Shown here piece after piece: positions 10,395-19,044 of a DNA stretch of 64,000 nt (within the stretch, counting starts at the first letter, position 1; each line of letters begins with the position of its first letter). The notes under the pieces are model-generated. The model did no database searches and was not told where the DNA came from. It saw nothing but the letters and a program-made list of their open reading frames with translations. Origin of the DNA: Candidatus Pacebacteria bacterium CG10_big_fil_rev_8_21_14_0_10_44_54. GTDB lineage: Bacteria > Patescibacteriota > Microgenomatia > UBA1400 > PJMF01. Location: positions 1,214-65,213 of the forward strand of contig PFDI01000006.1 in assembly GCA_002772695.1 (NCBI GenBank), in the 5' to 3' direction. Both the position numbers and the translations under genes were made by a program.

Positions 10395-11456
10395 ATGCTC
10401 GCATTTTTTCTTAGTTTTTTGTTTGCTTTTCTTCTAGCACCAGTTGTAATTCGGCTCTATAAAAGACAAGGTTGGCTCGATGATCCTGCGCACAATACCC
10501 ATGTGAAAAAAACTCATACAACAGCAGTGCCACGCGGAGGTGGTTTGGTTATTTTTTTTGCCGTGCTAGCTTGTAGTCTACTTTTCTTACAGTTTGATCA
10601 ATACTTACTCGCTATCCTGACTGGAGCTCTCCTGCTCACTATAATCGGCTTCTTGGATGATATACTCGACCTTCATCCCTTTCCTCGTTTAGCGATAAAC
10701 GGCCTCGCAGCCTTAATCGTAGTTGGTTCTGGTATTGGTATAGCCTATATCAGCAATCCTTTTAGCTCTGGCGTACTCATGCTTGATCAACCGAGACTAA
10801 CGCTCTCATTCTTGGGTGAAACAAGAAGTATTTGGGTTTTGGCAGATCTCTTTGCTGTTTTTTTTATCATTTGGAATAGCAATATCGTTAATTGGTCAAA
10901 AGGTGTCGATGGACAATTGCCGGCTTTTTCAATGGTAGCACTCGTGTTTGTTGGTCTGTTGTCTCTTCGATTTTTTGATGATCCAACTTCGTTCAACACT
11001 GCCCAGCTTGCTTTCATTGTTGCCGGAGCATTTGCAGGACTACTGCCGTGGAATTGGTTTCCCCAAAAAATTATGCCGGGGTACGGTGCCGGCTCTCTAG
11101 CTGGATTTTTCTTAGGAGTACTGGCTATTCTCTCTGGAGCAAAATTAGCAACGACACTTATGGTACTTGCTATTCCAACAGCTGATGCTGTGTTTACCAT
11201 CGTTCGCAGACTACATGCAGGAAAATCACCATTCTGGGGCGACAGAGGACATCTACATCATAAATTATTTGATACCTTCGGTTGGAGCAGACAAAAAATA
11301 GCAATATTTTATGGCATCTCGAGTGTAGCGCTTGGCTTCCTCTCGCTGTATTTGAATACTGTGGGAAAATTGCTTACAATAGCAATTACCATGAGCCTCG
11401 TGTTTGGTCTCTTATCTTGGATAAAGATCAAAAAAAGTACTCAGAAAAAAATATGA
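10395..11456 (+). CDS. polyprenyl-phosphate sugar-1-phosphate transferase of the WecA/TagO/MraY (GT4-PNPT) family, WecA-like
   Basis: Motifs GWLDDPAHNTHVKKTHTTAVPRGGG (WecA-type PRxGG), IGFLDDILDL (DDxxD) and 10-11 TM helices. Confidence 0.8.
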   Translation: MLAFFLSFLFAFLLAPVVIRLYKRQGWLDDPAHNTHVKKTHTTAVPRGGGLVIFFAVLACSLLFLQFDQYLLAILTGALLLTIIGFLDDILDLHPFPRLAINGLAALIVVGSGIGIAYISNPFSSGVLMLDQPRLTLSFLGETRSIWVLADLFAVFFIIWNSNIVNWSKGVDGQLPAFSMVALVFVGLLSLRFFDDPTSFNTAQLAFIVAGAFAGLLPWNWFPQKIMPGYGAGSLAGFFLGVLAILSGAKLATTLMVLAIPTADAVFTIVRRLHAGKSPFWGDRGHLHHKLFDTFGWSRQKIAIFYGISSVALGFLSLYLNTVGKLLTIAITMSLVFGLLSWIKIKKSTQKKI

Positions 11457-12421
11457 CTGCGTCGCTCCCCAAAACTCTTTTTCTGTTGTTAAAAACAGCC
11501 CGTCCTCGACAATGGGTAAAAAATCTCTCGTTATTCGCAGCTTTACTCTTTTCTGGTTTCTTGTTTTATAACCCTGTAGATGCTTTGCCGTACTTTTGGA
11601 CTGTAGCTCTGGCAACACTCACTTTTACGTTGGTTACTTCTGCTATTTACATAGCCAATGACCTCGTTGACAAAAAAGCTGATGCCCAACATCCATTTAA
11701 GCGAAAACGACCCATAGCGTCGGGAGAGCTTTCAACCGAAGTGGCAAAACTGGCTGTCTTCTCTTTACTTATTCTGGCGGGGTTTTTTTCACTTTATTTT
11801 TCACTTTTTTTCAAACTGCTGGTACTGCTGTATATTCTGCTACAAATTGGATACTCAAAAATATTTAAACATGTTCCAATTCTTGATGTTGCTTCAATTG
11901 CACTTGGGTTTCTAATTCGAATTTATGCGGGCTCTGTCGTGGTCAACCTACACATGAGTGTTTGGTTTTTGCTCACAGTTATCTCTGCTTCACTCTTTCT
12001 TGCGGTAGGGAAAAGACAAAGTGAGAGAACCCTACTAATGGGAAATTCTTCTGAATCAATTGGAAGTACTAGAAAAATCCTCAAACGATATAGCGAGCGC
12101 TTGCTGGATCAATACACTGCAATGTTTGCCACAGCAACTTGGCTGACATACGCTATCTTTACTTTTCAAAATGAAGTCATTGTTCCACAATCTGAATTTG
12201 CAACAATCTTTCGGCTGTTACCAAAAACACTTCACACCCAAAAATGGCTTATGATCTCTGTACCCTTTGTCATCTTTGGTGTCATGAGGTATTTGCAGCT
12301 TGTGTATGAAAAAAACCAAGGAGAATCTCCAGAGCGAGTGCTCTTTAATGACAAGCCCCTACTCATCACCGTTTTTCTTTTTGGCCTCAGCGTTATTTTT
12401 GCCTTGTACTTACTTGCATAA
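11453..12421 (+). CDS. UbiA-family prenyl-phosphate phosphoribosyltransferase (decaprenyl-phosphate 5-phosphoribosyltransferase/DPPR synthase-like)
   Basis: Start chosen at MTASLPK (ATGA overlap with the upstream stop at 11454-11456). The TARPRQWVKNL motif is the DPPR-synthase (Rv3806c-like) hallmark. YIANDLVDKKADAQHPFKRKRPIASG is the UbiA Asp-rich region. About 8 TM helices. Confidence 0.7.
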   Translation: MTASLPKTLFLLLKTARPRQWVKNLSLFAALLFSGFLFYNPVDALPYFWTVALATLTFTLVTSAIYIANDLVDKKADAQHPFKRKRPIASGELSTEVAKLAVFSLLILAGFFSLYFSLFFKLLVLLYILLQIGYSKIFKHVPILDVASIALGFLIRIYAGSVVVNLHMSVWFLLTVISASLFLAVGKRQSERTLLMGNSSESIGSTRKILKRYSERLLDQYTAMFATATWLTYAIFTFQNEVIVPQSEFATIFRLLPKTLHTQKWLMISVPFVIFGVMRYLQLVYEKNQGESPERVLFNDKPLLITVFLFGLSVIFALYLLA

Positions 12422-12424
12422 TTT

Positions 12425-13675
12425 ATGCAGCGATTTGTAGAGCGCTACTACAATCCCTTGTTGCTCGTACTCGTAGCAATCGCATTTTTCTCTCGCCTCT
12501 ATCGAATTCACATTCCAGAGCGGTATATGTTTGATGAGGTATATCACGCTGTGACAGCTCAACTCATTGCAAAAAATGATCCAAGAGCTTATGAATGGAC
12601 TGCCCAGTCTGATCAACCAAATACTGCAATTGATTGGCTGCATCCACCGGGCGCTAAATTATTTCAGGCTGGAAGCGTGTTGTTATTTGGCGAAACTAGT
12701 TTCGCTTGGCGAATTAGTTCTGTTGTATTTGGAACGCTCGTGGTTCTTACAGTGGGTTGGTTAACCCAAGCTTTGTTCGCAAATAAAGCACTCTCGCTGT
12801 TCGCCACACTCTTTGCAGTTTGTGACGGTTTACTACTTGTACAATCTCGTATCGCGATGAACGACATTCATGTCACGTTTTTTATATTGCAAACACTGCT
12901 ATGGTATTGGCTCTACCGAGAAAAAAAAGTTGTAAAGTATTTTATAGTCGCAATTGTAATGGCTGGTTGTGCTGTAGCAAGCAAGTGGTCGGGATTATTT
13001 GTATTTGGAGTGATCACAATTGTAGAACTTGCTCAGTGGCAGAAAGATCAAACTATACATCTGCTACAAAAAATTTCTCTATTACTACTACTTCCATTAG
13101 GAATATATCTGGCAAGCTACTCGCAAATGTGGCTACAGGGAAAATCACTTACCCACTTTATTCAACTTCACAAACAAATTTGGGCCTACCAAACAACTTT
13201 GACTGCGACTCACCCATACCAATCTACTCCTCTCCAGTGGTTCTTGAATATCAGACCTGTTTGGGTTTCTGTTGAGTACGGCAGCGAAACTAGGGCAGAC
13301 ATTTATGCTTTTGGTAATCCAGCATTATTTTTTTGGGGCATGTTTGCCATACTGTTTAGTGCTGTTTCAGTAGTACAGCTTCGAAAAAAAATCTCACCAG
13401 CGTTTATATTTTTATTCTTAGCTTATATTATAGTCTGGACCCCCTGGTTTCTCTCTCCTCGCGTTATGTTCTTTTATCACTACACACCAGCCGTCCCTTT
13501 ACTCTGCATCTTACTCGCCTACTGGCTGGTGAAAATAAACAAAAAATCTCTCACGATAACAATTTCCATCAGCATCATTCTTGCCAGTATTGTTTGGTTT
13601 CCTCATTGGACACAACTGCCTGTTTCAAACAAATTTGCTGATGATATTTACTTTTATTTTACAACGTGGAAATAA
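12425..13675 (+). CDS. GT-C family glycosyltransferase (PMT/GT39-like dolichyl/polyprenyl-phosphate-sugar:protein or glycan transferase)
   Basis: 416 aa, multi-TM. The first-loop MFDEVYHA motif (DE) matches the PMT family. Confidence 0.7.
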   Translation: MQRFVERYYNPLLLVLVAIAFFSRLYRIHIPERYMFDEVYHAVTAQLIAKNDPRAYEWTAQSDQPNTAIDWLHPPGAKLFQAGSVLLFGETSFAWRISSVVFGTLVVLTVGWLTQALFANKALSLFATLFAVCDGLLLVQSRIAMNDIHVTFFILQTLLWYWLYREKKVVKYFIVAIVMAGCAVASKWSGLFVFGVITIVELAQWQKDQTIHLLQKISLLLLLPLGIYLASYSQMWLQGKSLTHFIQLHKQIWAYQTTLTATHPYQSTPLQWFLNIRPVWVSVEYGSETRADIYAFGNPALFFWGMFAILFSAVSVVQLRKKISPAFIFLFLAYIIVWTPWFLSPRVMFFYHYTPAVPLLCILLAYWLVKINKKSLTITISISIILASIVWFPHWTQLPVSNKFADDIYFYFTTWK

Positions 13676-13677
13676 TC

Positions 13678-16600
13678 CTACTCCAAGAAAGTAAGTTCGC
13701 GAATTTCTCTCATTACTTCTTTAATCAGGTTTGATAGATCAGCAACTGCGGCATCGGTTAGCTCAAATGAGCGAGAAACAATCTTACCACTGGTTTTATG
13801 AGGCTCTACAAACTCAAAAACACCTTCGGTAACTTTTGGGTGAAAGGTCGGGTCAAGATCGGCTAATAGTTTATAAAAAAGTAACTGACGCTTGTATGGT
13901 CCACGAATACTTTCCGATAGTGATTGTTCTCTCTCAGACAGCTCTGCGGCTTGTGTCTTGCCTTCGATATCATTGTGACTACGCTGCTTACCTGTTTTGT
14001 AATCAATAACCCGGACAGTATTTTTTGATTTATCCACCCAATCAACTCGATCAACTCTACCACTTAACGCAATGCCATCGAGCATCGTAGTCGAAAATCC
14101 AGAACCAAAAAATCGTTCAATAAAAACAGGCTGCGCAGAGAATCGTTCGGCATTTTGGTAGTATGCCTCGAGTAAGTTTTTGCCATACAATGCTCTCGTT
14201 TCTAACTCATCTTTGCTCAACAACTCACGCTCCAATGCTCTGGTAAAAACTTGTTGTGCGCTCGACAAACTTGGCAAACTGTCTGACTCAAGGATACTGC
14301 GAAAAACAAATTCCAACGCCTTGTGTACTGCCGAGCCGAACGCCATTGGTGCGGGTTTTGCCTGAGGCAAACGAAGCAACACATCTTCGAGAAATTCTTT
14401 TGGATCTCGCAAGTATTTGTTGAGTGCTGTTACTGAAAGCCGAAAATCAGTAAGTAAACATGCGATGTACTCCCTCTCTGATGAAGAGTACTTGGCAGTA
14501 AATTGCGACATGACACTTGTTTCCAAAAACTGTTGTTGTTCAAATGTATCTATTTCCTGACTTACTTTTGTTTCAGAAAGTGAGATCATCTCACTAAAAA
14601 ACTGCGAAGGCAGTAAATATTTCTGCCTTCCTGACTGTATTGCTGTTTGAGAATAGCTTGCTACAAACTCCTTTTTTGCTCGAGTGAGTGCAACATAAAA
14701 TAATCTGCGATCCTCTGCCAGCTGCTCGTGTTTGTCTGTGGCTGAAAATTGCAGAACTGCCTCTGGTAATACCAATAAACTTGGTTTTCGCACGTTTCCC
14801 CAAACTCCATCAATGCAATTTGTAAGAAACACATACTCCCATTCTCGTCCCTTGGCTTTGTGTGCAGTGGTTACATCAATCGCATCTGTATTTGTTTGTA
14901 AATACTCTGCTTCTAGACGAATTCCACGATCTTGCATGATTGCAACAGCTCTCAAAAACGCCTCTAAACCAAAAGAGTGGTCGTTGTAGCTGAGCTGTTT
15001 AACAGTGTTGGTTAGTGCCTGAATTTCTGCAAGAAAGGTAAATTTTTCTGGCTGTTCTAGCAACCAAACTAGGTATCCAGACTCATGTAATATCTTGGTA
15101 AACCAATCTGGAAATGGCTCTTGTTGTTCGGTAACCCCCCAAAGCTTCAGCTTGGCAACAAAACGTACAATTGGATCATCACTCGACAGCTCGGTCGATT
15201 CTTCTATTAATTCAAACAGTGAAACTCCTTGTTTGCTCGCTTGTCGACCAAGCGTCCAGAGATGCACTCGAGAAATACCGAGCCAAGCAGCTCCTAGCAC
15301 TGCAAATAAATCATAACCTGCCTCGCCACCTCGCAGCTCAAATATAGTCTGCAACAGTTTTATCAATCCCAAAATATGTGGTTTGTCCAATACGCTTGTG
15401 CCCCCCGAAACAGTGCAGGCAATTCCTTGTGCCAAAAGTGATTCCGCTACAGCAAACACTTCTTTATTAGTTCGGCACAAAACTACGATTTCCTGAGACG
15501 ATATACCGCTTGCGAGTAGGCTGCGTACCCGTCCAGCTAATGCCATGTGCTCCATCCAACTTGTTTCTGCTACAACAACACTTGCACCAGTCTTGAGTTT
15601 TGTTTCTGCCAGAAGCTTGGTGGTTAATCCATCATGCAAGAGGGATGGTAATGAATCGGGTAACCGAGTGTGGGAAGTAAGTGAAAACGCAGCATCATAA
15701 ATAGGCTGTGGACAACGATATCCAATCTTGAGCGTTACTACTCTGGCTTGTGGATACAATTCAAGAAAGCGGTAGGTATTCTCTAAAGAAGCTCCCTGAA
15801 ATCGATAGATAGCCTGATGTGGATCTCCAACCACAAATACATTGGCATCAGCACCCCAAAATGAGGTAAGGTACTCTACCAGTGAATTCTGGGCAGTGTT
15901 TGTGTCTTGGTACTCATCAACTAGCACGTACAAAAATCGCTCCTGACAGATACTCAGAAAATCTGGATTATCTGTAAATGATCTCAAGACAAAAAGAATC
16001 ATATCTTCATAATCGTAACGCTGTTGTTCTCTAAGAGCGTTTTCATATGCCACATATAATTCAAGCAACTCCTGGTTTTTTGCTCGACTGCGAATAAATT
16101 TAATCTGCTCTGCTTTGGTACTCGGCGTTTGCACCTCAGCAAAAGCAGTCTCAACAATTGTGGCAAAATCTGCTGGAGAAACCCCTTCGCGCTTGAGCTC
16201 GCCAATCGCTCTCATAACAGCTGACACATAGAGAAGTGGTTGGTTGAGGGGCTTGAGAATATCAAGCGGCATAGTTTCAAACAGCCTATGCAAAATTTCT
16301 GATCTCTCTAGTTCAGTCACCGGCTCACTCTCTTGGGCAATTGGAAAATACTCAGGATACTCTTTAATCAGAGAAGTACAAAAAGCGTGAAAAGTCGTAA
16401 TTGTCACTGAATACCCGACCGAACCGATCAAAGATACAAGACGAGATCGCATCTCACTGGCTGCAGCATCAGTAAAGGTAAGCGCCAAGATGCTCGATGC
16501 AGGTGTGTCAGTCTGCTGTAAAATCTGGGCAATACGCAAAGATAAAACTTGTGTCTTGCCCGTACCGGGGCCTGCCAACACCATCACGGGGCCATCGATG

Positions 16601-16704
16601 GTATCTACTGCAAGTTTTTGATCTGGATTGAGTTGTTTGTAAAATTCAAGAAATGATTTCTTTCCCCTCATATTTTCTTGCATCACTGCTCCAAGCATTG
16701 CCAT
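13678..16704 (-). CDS. UvrD/PcrA-type SF1 helicase fused to a C-terminal PD-(D/E)XK (Cas4/AddB-like) nuclease domain (AddA-like)
   Basis: Walker A LAGPGTGKTQVL, helicase motifs (DEYQDTN, VGDPHQAIYRFQGA, TAHKAKGREW). The C-terminal VIDYKTGK resembles the nuclease-domain motif. Confidence 0.85.
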   Translation of the reverse strand: MAMLGAVMQENMRGKKSFLEFYKQLNPDQKLAVDTIDGPVMVLAGPGTGKTQVLSLRIAQILQQTDTPASSILALTFTDAAASEMRSRLVSLIGSVGYSVTITTFHAFCTSLIKEYPEYFPIAQESEPVTELERSEILHRLFETMPLDILKPLNQPLLYVSAVMRAIGELKREGVSPADFATIVETAFAEVQTPSTKAEQIKFIRSRAKNQELLELYVAYENALREQQRYDYEDMILFVLRSFTDNPDFLSICQERFLYVLVDEYQDTNTAQNSLVEYLTSFWGADANVFVVGDPHQAIYRFQGASLENTYRFLELYPQARVVTLKIGYRCPQPIYDAAFSLTSHTRLPDSLPSLLHDGLTTKLLAETKLKTGASVVVAETSWMEHMALAGRVRSLLASGISSQEIVVLCRTNKEVFAVAESLLAQGIACTVSGGTSVLDKPHILGLIKLLQTIFELRGGEAGYDLFAVLGAAWLGISRVHLWTLGRQASKQGVSLFELIEESTELSSDDPIVRFVAKLKLWGVTEQQEPFPDWFTKILHESGYLVWLLEQPEKFTFLAEIQALTNTVKQLSYNDHSFGLEAFLRAVAIMQDRGIRLEAEYLQTNTDAIDVTTAHKAKGREWEYVFLTNCIDGVWGNVRKPSLLVLPEAVLQFSATDKHEQLAEDRRLFYVALTRAKKEFVASYSQTAIQSGRQKYLLPSQFFSEMISLSETKVSQEIDTFEQQQFLETSVMSQFTAKYSSSEREYIACLLTDFRLSVTALNKYLRDPKEFLEDVLLRLPQAKPAPMAFGSAVHKALEFVFRSILESDSLPSLSSAQQVFTRALERELLSKDELETRALYGKNLLEAYYQNAERFSAQPVFIERFFGSGFSTTMLDGIALSGRVDRVDWVDKSKNTVRVIDYKTGKQRSHNDIEGKTQAAELSEREQSLSESIRGPYKRQLLFYKLLADLDPTFHPKVTEGVFEFVEPHKTSGKIVSRSFELTDAAVADLSNLIKEVMREIRELTFLE

Positions 16705-17309
16705 AGCGCAACCGAGCCAAACGTTTTGTACGGTGACCAGGGGGCAATAATTTTTTGTATTTGTTCTTTGCTTGGTTTTTCTATTTTGTATAACTTAATA
16801 ATACCTTTGCGCAAACCCAAATCTCCAAATGAAAAAATATCCTGACGAAGTAGTGTAAACATCAAAAACATCTCCGCAGTCCAGCTACCTACACCCTTAA
16901 CTTTGGTCAGCTCAACTATTACTTCATCTTCTGAAAGTGAATCAAGAGAATTAAAGTCAACTTCATTATCTTGAAATTTCTGTGCTAGATCTTTGACATA
17001 CTTCACTTTTGCCCAAGAAAGTCCAATATTCCGCACTGAATGGTCTGCAGCCAACAAAATTTGTTTTGGAGTATACTCACCACCAAAAAATTGTTCGAAC
17101 TTTTTATAAATTGCTGATGCAGCTTTACCAGAAAGTTGCTGCCCCACTATTGCTCTGCAAAGAGCGACAAAGTAATCTGTTCCTGTCGTACGACTCTCGA
17201 CCCTCTCAAACCATTTGCCTAGATCAACTTTAAGCAACACCTCATAAATGATTGGGTCTACTTTTTTGAAGTGAACAAACACATGCTCGTAATCATTAGT
17301 TTTTGTCAT
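16683..17309 (-). CDS. HhH-GPD DNA glycosylase (3-methyladenine DNA glycosylase II, AlkA-like)
   Basis: HhH motif LTKVKGVGSWTAEMFLMF followed by a catalytic Asp region (FSFGDLGLRKG). Confidence 0.8.
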   Translation of the reverse strand: MTKTNDYEHVFVHFKKVDPIIYEVLLKVDLGKWFERVESRTTGTDYFVALCRAIVGQQLSGKAASAIYKKFEQFFGGEYTPKQILLAADHSVRNIGLSWAKVKYVKDLAQKFQDNEVDFNSLDSLSEDEVIVELTKVKGVGSWTAEMFLMFTLLRQDIFSFGDLGLRKGIIKLYKIEKPSKEQIQKIIAPWSPYKTFGSVALWQCLEQ

Positions 17310-17506
17310 TCAGATTTTATTTCCTGTTGCAGCCTACCAATTTGTCGAGACATGCGCTCACCTGCCTGTTTGAAATTGTCACGCAAAGGCGCATTGCTTG
17401 CAAACTGTGCTCGAGCCAGTTGGCGTCGTTTGGCAATAGCAGACTTGAGTCGAGATTCGAGCGCTTGGGCGCGTTGTTGGCCGAAAGACATAGTTTTCTT
17501 TTGCAT
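17306..17506 (-). CDS. hypothetical small basic coiled-coil protein (66 aa)
   Basis: Its stop overlaps the alkA-like start (ATGA at 17306-17309). It is R/Q/A-rich (MQKKTMSFGQQRAQALESRLKSAIAKRRQLARAQF...). Several alternative overlapping ORFs exist here, so the call is weak. Confidence 0.3.
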   Translation of the reverse strand: MQKKTMSFGQQRAQALESRLKSAIAKRRQLARAQFASNAPLRDNFKQAGERMSRQIGRLQQEIKSE

Positions 17507-17539
17507 ACTAAACCATAAATACTATACACTCAGCATACT

Positions 17540-17821
17540 ATGAAACACGAACAATACATGCAACTTGCAATTGCCGAAGCTAAAAAAGCAGAGCAAGCTG
17601 GTCGCACTCCACTCGGAGTTGTGATTGTAATGAATGACGAGGTTATTATGGCCGGAACAAGTCATGTTAGCGAGTGGCTCGATCCAGCCGCGCATGGCGA
17701 AACATACTGTATGCGAGTGGCCTGCAAAAAACCTTACCAACTCAATTCTACTACTTTGACCCAAGTATTCTCAGCCTCTACCTATCAAAAAATATCACAA
17801 TTCTGGGAAAATTATGTTTAA
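17540..17821 (+). pseudogene. truncated/degenerate tRNA-adenosine (cytidine/deoxycytidylate-type) deaminase, tadA-like remnant
   Basis: The N-terminus MQLAIAEAKKAEQAGRTPLGVVIV and DPAAHGETYCMRVACKK match the TadA start and the H(A/C)E zinc motif. The PCxxC zinc motif and C-terminal half are absent, and homology decays after about 70 aa. No continuing deaminase frame follows. Confidence 0.5.
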
Positions 17822-17945
17822 AAATAATGTCTCTCAAGTGTCACGATTATCTCAGACACTTGTCTAAAATACGGAATACCCGTCATTTATATGCAGCATA
17901 CAATGGGAATCGGGCATCCCACTACCTAGTAGGATATAATTAAGC

Positions 17946-18620
17946 ATGGCAAAGAAAAGTAAAACCAAGGTGTTTGAAGATTTTTTTGCTCAGTTTCAGT
18001 TGCGATCGTACAAACAAGGAGAAATGATAATTCGGGCAGATGATGACCCACGGGGCATTTTTTGCCTCACCAAAGGATATATTCGCCAGTATGTGATTTC
18101 TAGAGCCGGTGGCGAACTCACCTTGTATATTTTGCAACCGATTTCCTACTTTCCAATGGTCTGGGCTTTCAACAATACTCCCAATGTCTACTACTACGAA
18201 ACACTTACTCCAGCTGAGATCGGCAGAGCACCTAGAAATCAGGTTCTAGATTTTATTAAGGATAAACCAGACTTAATTTTTGAACTCATGAGTGAGTTAT
18301 TGAGGCGACATGAAGAGTCGCTCGCGAGAATTGAGCACCTGGTTTTTAGCGATGCATACCGACGAGTTATCTCAATGTTACTGTACGTCGCTAAGTACTT
18401 TGGTGCCAAAAATAAAGATGGCATTGTTGTGAATCACCGTTTTACTCATCAAGATATCTCTACCTTAGTTGGTGTAGCCAGAGAAACAGTGAGTATCGAG
18501 ATGGGCAAGTTAGTGCAACGAAAGTTTATTACTTTTGTCGGCCATACCATGATTTTTAGCGACATTGTACGGCTAGAACAAGAGCTACGCAGCTCTAAAA
18601 CCGCCCCTGCTAACAATTAA
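17946..18620 (+). CDS. Crp/Fnr-family transcriptional regulator
   Basis: cNMP-binding beta-roll (IFCLTKGYIRQY...GGELTLYILQP) and a C-terminal HTH (HQDISTLVGVARETVSIEMGKLVQRKFI). Confidence 0.85.
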   Translation: MAKKSKTKVFEDFFAQFQLRSYKQGEMIIRADDDPRGIFCLTKGYIRQYVISRAGGELTLYILQPISYFPMVWAFNNTPNVYYYETLTPAEIGRAPRNQVLDFIKDKPDLIFELMSELLRRHEESLARIEHLVFSDAYRRVISMLLYVAKYFGAKNKDGIVVNHRFTHQDISTLVGVARETVSIEMGKLVQRKFITFVGHTMIFSDIVRLEQELRSSKTAPANN

Positions 18621-18747
18621 CTGGTAATTTCTCTCACAACTTTTTTTGCTGTTGCATTACTGAACTTGGTTGTCATGGCATATATACTTCTTTTCAACAC
18701 AACACACGCTATCAATAAGTTAGTAGTACCAAAGAAAGTAATAAGAT

Positions 18748-19044
18748 ATGTTAAACAGCACATCAAAAACTGCATCGCAATCAAATAGTATCAACCCCAC
18801 AGTCGCCGCGACCATCACAGGAGCAGCTATTGGTGCCGGAGTTGTCGCTGCTGGAGTAGTAGCAATGAAAAACAGCACAAACCAAGAAAAAGTCAAACAG
18901 GTCATCGACGATGTAAAGGCTAAGGCTTCTAGCTACATGCGCACAGCTGAGGAGCAAGTTAGCAATGGAAAATCGAAAGTCGAAGAAACCAAAGGTGTGG
19001 CTCACAAGTCTAACCAGAAAGTGAAGAAAATATGGCAGAAGTAA
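18748..19044 (+). CDS. small membrane-anchored protein (YtxH-like: one TM plus a charged coiled-coil tail)
   Basis: Gly/Ala-rich TM (TITGAAIGAGVVAAGVVAM) followed by a K/E-rich helix. Confidence 0.5.
   Translation: MLNSTSKTASQSNSINPTVAATITGAAIGAGVVAAGVVAMKNSTNQEKVKQVIDDVKAKASSYMRTAEEQVSNGKSKVEETKGVAHKSNQKVKKIWQK

Noticed and set aside
11282-11452. A long 5' extension of the UbiA-family gene that overlaps the WecA-like gene by 175 nt
   Set aside because: The conserved N-terminus begins at MTASLPK, and an ATGA stop/start overlap at 11453-11456 fits the operon style seen elsewhere in the window.
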